Assembly (NCBI GenBank): GCA_963668315.1
Contig: OY764216.1
Span: 2,912,001-2,976,000, forward strand
Length of the DNA stretch: 64,000 nucleotides
Source: Spirochaetia bacterium
Lineage (GTDB): Bacteria > Spirochaetota > Spirochaetia > DSM-2461
Direction of reading: 5' to 3'
The notes beneath the pieces were generated by a model, which was not told the origin of the DNA, ran no database searches, and saw only the letters and a program-made list of their open reading frames with translations. The position numbers were made by a program, and so were the translations under genes. Each line of letters opens with the position of its first letter. The first letter of the stretch is position 1. This document shows, in pieces, positions 59,746 through 64,000 of this stretch.

Positions 59746-60585
59746 ATGAATGGCCGCATATATAAAATCTCAGCCTTTCAGGATAATCATAGGGGATGCA
59801 ATCCTGCTGGTGTCGTATTGGATGCTGATGTCTTATCCGAGAGGGATATGTTAAGCATTGCGAAAGACGTCGGCTATTCGGAGACAGCGTTTATTATGAA
59901 GTCTTTGAATGCTGACTTCAAAGTCAGGTTTTTCACTCCTGTTGCTGAAGTCGATTTATGCGGTCATGCCACCATTGCCGCTTTTAGCTTGTTAAGAGAT
60001 CTTCATGTGATCAAGATGGGCCGCTATACCCAGGAGACGAAAGCGGGGATACTGCAGCTTGAAATACAGGATGAACTTGTTTATATGGAACAGAATATTC
60101 CTGATTTCGGAGATGTTATCGATGGGAAAGAACTTAGTAATTGCTTTGATGTTGATGATAATGCCTTCTGTTCCGATATGCCTGTCCAGATTGTATCAAC
60201 TGGATTACGGGATATTATTCTTCCCATTCGAAGTTTACATACCTTAACTAGGCTAAAAGCTGATGGTAATTGTATTTCCAGGATAAGTGAAAAATATGAT
60301 GTGGTCGGTATACATGCCTTTTGTCTTGAATCAGTAAATGAGGCTGATGGACATACAAGAAATTTTGCACCAAGGTATGGAATAGAGGAAGAGTCGGCAA
60401 CAGGAACGTCAAATGGAGCGTTAGCCTGTTATTTGGTGAAATACGGCGATAAAAACAGCGATTGTTCTTTCGAGTTTGAACAGGGTCATGCCATGAATCG
60501 GCCTTCAAGAATATTTGTCAAAGTAATGATTAATAAGGGCAATATAGAGGGTGTTTATGTCGGGGGAAGGGCAGGTATGCTGTAG
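59746..60585 (+). CDS. PhzF-family isomerase (second copy, AT-rich)
   Basis: NPAGVV, SETAF, DLCGHAT, EESATGTSNG. Confidence 0.9.
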   Translation: MNGRIYKISAFQDNHRGCNPAGVVLDADVLSERDMLSIAKDVGYSETAFIMKSLNADFKVRFFTPVAEVDLCGHATIAAFSLLRDLHVIKMGRYTQETKAGILQLEIQDELVYMEQNIPDFGDVIDGKELSNCFDVDDNAFCSDMPVQIVSTGLRDIILPIRSLHTLTRLKADGNCISRISEKYDVVGIHAFCLESVNEADGHTRNFAPRYGIEEESATGTSNGALACYLVKYGDKNSDCSFEFEQGHAMNRPSRIFVKVMINKGNIEGVYVGGRAGML

Positions 60586-60606
60586 AACTCGGCGCTAGAC
60601 GGAAAT

Positions 60607-60636
60607 AAAAAAGCCGCCCCTCACGGGCGGCTTTTT
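60607..60636. terminator. Bidirectional terminator
   Basis: AAAAAGCCGCCC...GGGCGGCTTTTT between convergent genes. Confidence 0.88.
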
Positions 60637-60651
60637 AACGGGTAACGCTCT

Positions 60652-61761
60652 TTACAGGTCGCCCCGGACAATCTTCAGCATTCTTCTGATCGGTTCGGCC
60701 GCTCCCCAGAGGAGCTGATCTCCCACGGTAAAGGCGGTCAGGTAGTCGGGTCCCATATTCATCTTGTGTACCCGTCCCACCGGAACGGTCAGGGTGCCCG
60801 AAGCGAAGGCGGGGGAGAGCTCGGCCAGGGTGGCCTCCTTCTCGTTGGGAACGAAGCGGGCCCATTCGGTGGAGCTCTTGATCATATCTTCCAGCTCATC
60901 CAGGGGGTAGTCCTTCGTCAGCTTGATAGTCAGGGCCTGGCTATGGCAGCGCATGGCGCCGACCCGCACGCACAATCCGTCGATAGGGATGGGCTTTTCG
61001 TTCTGGAGGATTTTATTGGTTTCGGCGAATCCCTTCCACTCTTCCTTGGTCTGGCCCGCCGCCACGGGTTTGTCGATCCAGGGGATCAGGCTGCCCGCCA
61101 GGGGGGCACCGAACTGTTCCGTGGGGAAAGCAGCAGAACGGATCACATCGGAGACCTGTCTGTCTATATCCAGTATGGCCGAAGCGGGATCATCCAGCTT
61201 CGCGGGAGTATTGCCGATAATCTGCATCTGCTTGACCAGCTCCCGCATATTGCGGGCGCCCGCGCCGGAGGCGGACTGGTAGGTCATGGAGGAGAGCCAT
61301 TCCACGGCACCTTCCCGGAAGAGACCGGCGATGCCCATGAGCATCAGGCTGACCGTACAGTTGCCCCCCACGAAGGTCTTGGTGCCGGCGGCCAGGGCCT
61401 TGTCTATGACATGGCGGTTCACCGGATCCAGAACGATAATCGATTCGTCCGCCATGCGCAGGGTGGAGGCGGCGTCAATCCAGTAGCCCTTCCATCCCTC
61501 GGCCCTCAGTTTGGGGTAGACTTCTTCGGTGTAAGCGCCGCCCTGGCAGGTGACGATAACATCCATCTCCTTAAGAAGGGTAATATCATTGGCATCTTTC
61601 AGAAGTTCCGGTCCGGTACCGAAACCGGGACCCTTCAGTCCTGTCTGGCTTGTGGTAAAGAAGTGGGATTCCATCCCGTCAAAATCCTTCTCTTCCTGCA
61701 TCCGCCCCATGAGAACGGAACCAACCATGCCGCGCCATCCGATAAAACCGGTCTTTAACAT
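60652..61761 (-). CDS. asd: Aspartate-semialdehyde dehydrogenase
   Basis: [33 protein letters not shown]. Confidence 0.96.
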   Translation of the reverse strand: MLKTGFIGWRGMVGSVLMGRMQEEKDFDGMESHFFTTSQTGLKGPGFGTGPELLKDANDITLLKEMDVIVTCQGGAYTEEVYPKLRAEGWKGYWIDAASTLRMADESIIVLDPVNRHVIDKALAAGTKTFVGGNCTVSLMLMGIAGLFREGAVEWLSSMTYQSASGAGARNMRELVKQMQIIGNTPAKLDDPASAILDIDRQVSDVIRSAAFPTEQFGAPLAGSLIPWIDKPVAAGQTKEEWKGFAETNKILQNEKPIPIDGLCVRVGAMRCHSQALTIKLTKDYPLDELEDMIKSSTEWARFVPNEKEATLAELSPAFASGTLTVPVGRVHKMNMGPDYLTAFTVGDQLLWGAAEPIRRMLKIVRGDL

Positions 61762-61947
61762 TTTCTACCTCATATTTAACAATGCCTTCGGCCCGTCAGA
61801 AGCCGAAAGGGTTATTTTTTCCCATTTTTAGCATAATCGGTGAAAGAAATCTATATAGGTAAAGAAGAAAAAGAGATTTTCCCCAAAAACATGTTTCCCC
61901 GATCCATTCCTATTGAGCTGCGTTGTCAATAGAGATAGAATGAGCCC

Positions 61948-62673
61948 ATGAACTACAAATTAGACATTCATACCCACACGGTCTCCTCGGGCCACGCCTA
62001 CAGCTCCCTGGAGGAAAATATCAAAGCCGCCGGAGAGAAAGGCCTCGAACTCATCGCCATGACCGATCACGCTCCCGCCATGCCCGGGGGCGCCCATCTT
62101 TTTCATTTTCTGAATTTACGAATACTGCCCCCCGTTATCAACGGTATCCGGGTCCTCAAGGGAGCCGAGGCGAATATCATCGATTATGACGGAAACATCG
62201 ACCTGACCGGGGAGGATATGGAAAACCTGGAGTTTGTCATCGCCAGCATGCATCCCCCCTGCCTCAAGTTCGGAACCGAAGCGGAGCATACCCGGGCCCT
62301 TGTCAAAGTCATGGAGAATCCCGCCGTTAAAGCCATCGGCCATCCGGGTGACACCCGCTACGCCTTCGATATCCGGGAAGTGGTCGCCGCCTCCAAAGCC
62401 ACGGGCACCCTGCTCGAGGTGAACAACAGCTCCCTCAAGCCCACCAGCTTCCGGCCCGGAGGGGACGGCTACATCAGGAAGATCTTCGAAGAGTGCCTCC
62501 GCGCCGAAATCCCCGTGATCATGGGAAGCGACGCCCACTTCTCCCGTTCCGTGGGAGATTTTTCCGAGTCGGGCAGGCTTCTCGAAGAGATCGGCTACCC
62601 GGAGGAGCTGATTCTGAACACCTCGTCGGGACGGTTCCTGGAACACATCAGCGGAAAGGTCTGTCTGTCATGA
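61948..62673 (+). CDS. PHP-family phosphatase (YcdX-like)
   Basis: HTHT..SGHAYS, TDH, GAEAN, GSDAH. Confidence 0.88.
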   Translation: MNYKLDIHTHTVSSGHAYSSLEENIKAAGEKGLELIAMTDHAPAMPGGAHLFHFLNLRILPPVINGIRVLKGAEANIIDYDGNIDLTGEDMENLEFVIASMHPPCLKFGTEAEHTRALVKVMENPAVKAIGHPGDTRYAFDIREVVAASKATGTLLEVNNSSLKPTSFRPGGDGYIRKIFEECLRAEIPVIMGSDAHFSRSVGDFSESGRLLEEIGYPEELILNTSSGRFLEHISGKVCLS

Positions 62674-63935
62674 GCAGCGGGGGAGGATTTAAGAAAGACA
62701 CGCAGTACGTCAAATTCTGTCTGTACGGGTTTCTGAAAAACCTGCAGTTCTTTGATCCCTTCCTTGTCCTGTTCTTCCGGGAAATCGGCATAAGCTTCTT
62801 CCAGATCGGCGTTCTCTACTCGGTCCGGGAGATCGCCACCAATCTTACCGAAATTCCCACAGGCGTCATCGCCGATACCATAGGCCGCCGAACCGCCATG
62901 GTGCTGGCCTTTATCAGCTACATCATCAGCTTCGCCCTATTCTATCTTTTTCCCTCCTACTATGTGTTCCTTATCGCCATGGTCTTCTTCGCCTTCGGGG
63001 AGAGCTTCCGGTCGGGCACCCACAAGGCGATGATCATGGAGTACCTGAAGCAGAATGACCTGAGCCGATACAAAGTCGCCTATTACGGCCATACCCGCAG
63101 CTGGTCGCAGATCGGCTCGGCCGTCATGGCCCTCACGGCGGGCCTCCTGGTCTTCTTCACCGGCGATTACCGTTCGGTCTTTCTCTACAGCATCGCCCCC
63201 TATCTCTTGGGCATGATCCTGATCCTCTCCTATCCGAAGTCGCTGGATTTTTCCCGGGAGGAAGGGGAGAGCAAGGAGAAAACCGGAAAGAAAGAGGGCA
63301 TCCTGAAAACTCTTAAGGCTTTCCTGGAACTATTCACCACGAAGAAAATCCGGCGGGCCCTTCTCAGCTCCAGCCTCTTCGGAAGCTTTTTCAAGTCCGT
63401 AAAGGACTACATCCAGCCCATTCTCGAAGGCCTGGCCCTTACGCTGCCCCTTCTGGGAATCCTCGAAGGCACCCAGCGGGTCGCCGTGGTATCGGGGCTC
63501 CTCTATTTCCTGCTCTACCTGATGACCAGTCTGGCCGCCCGGCACTCCTCCCTCATAAGCGAGCGCTTTTCCAGCATCTCCCGGGGGCTGAACGGCACCT
63601 TCCTCGTGCAGTTTGTCCTTATCGGCGGCATCGCCCTCTCCCTCATCGCGGGCGTCACTCTGCCGGCGGTCATTCTGTTTATCGGGCTCTACCTTCTGGA
63701 AAATCTCCGCCGCCCCCTCATGCTCGGCTACCTGAGCGACCAGATCAAGGGCTCCGTCATGGCCACGGGGCTTTCCGGTGAGAGCCAGCTCAAGACCCTC
63801 TTCGTGGCGGTATTTTCCCCCCTCTTCGGCATCGCCGTCGACAGAATGGGTCTGGGAATCGCCATGGCGCTCCTGGCCGGACTCTCCCTCCTGGGGGCGC
63901 TTCTTGTCTCCCTGAAGGACGATCAGATAGAATAA
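62670..63935 (+). CDS. MFS transporter
   Basis: EIPTGVIADTIGRR motif A, about 12 TM helices; ATG 62670 overlaps the upstream stop. Confidence 0.85.
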   Translation: MSSGGGFKKDTQYVKFCLYGFLKNLQFFDPFLVLFFREIGISFFQIGVLYSVREIATNLTEIPTGVIADTIGRRTAMVLAFISYIISFALFYLFPSYYVFLIAMVFFAFGESFRSGTHKAMIMEYLKQNDLSRYKVAYYGHTRSWSQIGSAVMALTAGLLVFFTGDYRSVFLYSIAPYLLGMILILSYPKSLDFSREEGESKEKTGKKEGILKTLKAFLELFTTKKIRRALLSSSLFGSFFKSVKDYIQPILEGLALTLPLLGILEGTQRVAVVSGLLYFLLYLMTSLAARHSSLISERFSSISRGLNGTFLVQFVLIGGIALSLIAGVTLPAVILFIGLYLLENLRRPLMLGYLSDQIKGSVMATGLSGESQLKTLFVAVFSPLFGIAVDRMGLGIAMALLAGLSLLGALLVSLKDDQIE

Positions 63936-64000
63936 TCGGGCAAAGCCCCCTGACTTTCTGTCGCAACTGCCCGTCAAATGACGCAGGGGGCCGGGCTTTC

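Noticed and set aside
61762..61840. Hairpin and 9-codon uORF upstream of asd
   Set aside because: No run of Lys/Thr/Met control codons and no U-tract, so no support for attenuation
63937..64000. Possible c-di-GMP-I riboswitch (GGGCAAA...GACGCA)
   Set aside because: Spacing and GNRA stem do not fit, and it is cut by the window end; probably a plain hairpin

Overview
64-kb bacterial chromosomal window, GC-rich core; most likely a free-living Spirochaetota (inferred from gene content, not certain). Mostly housekeeping and transport genes: clpA-aat, TPP riboswitch-thiBP, pgsA, feoB-DtxR, valS, fused pyrF-pyrE, ferredoxin-epmA-efp, metF, mlaEFD, Na+-type hppA, asnS, MCP, permuted GH3, asd. An AT-rich accessory patch (~43.7-53.8 kb) holds TetR/SDR/nitroreductase, PhzF, a degenerate integron attC-like site and two IS256-family elements with exact 8-bp target duplications; one transposase has an amber stop and the other element splits a rhomboid gene. 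The best non-annotated signal is a 30-codon Val-rich leader peptide with alternative terminator/antiterminator hairpins in front of valS, i.e. a probable ribosome-mediated attenuator. Other signals: eight promoters placed to give leaderless mRNAs, two related structured intergenic elements (Flavo-1-like), and candidate DtxR and TetR operators. No rRNA, tRNA or CRISPR array was seen. Family assignments are from motif recognition; no searches were run.
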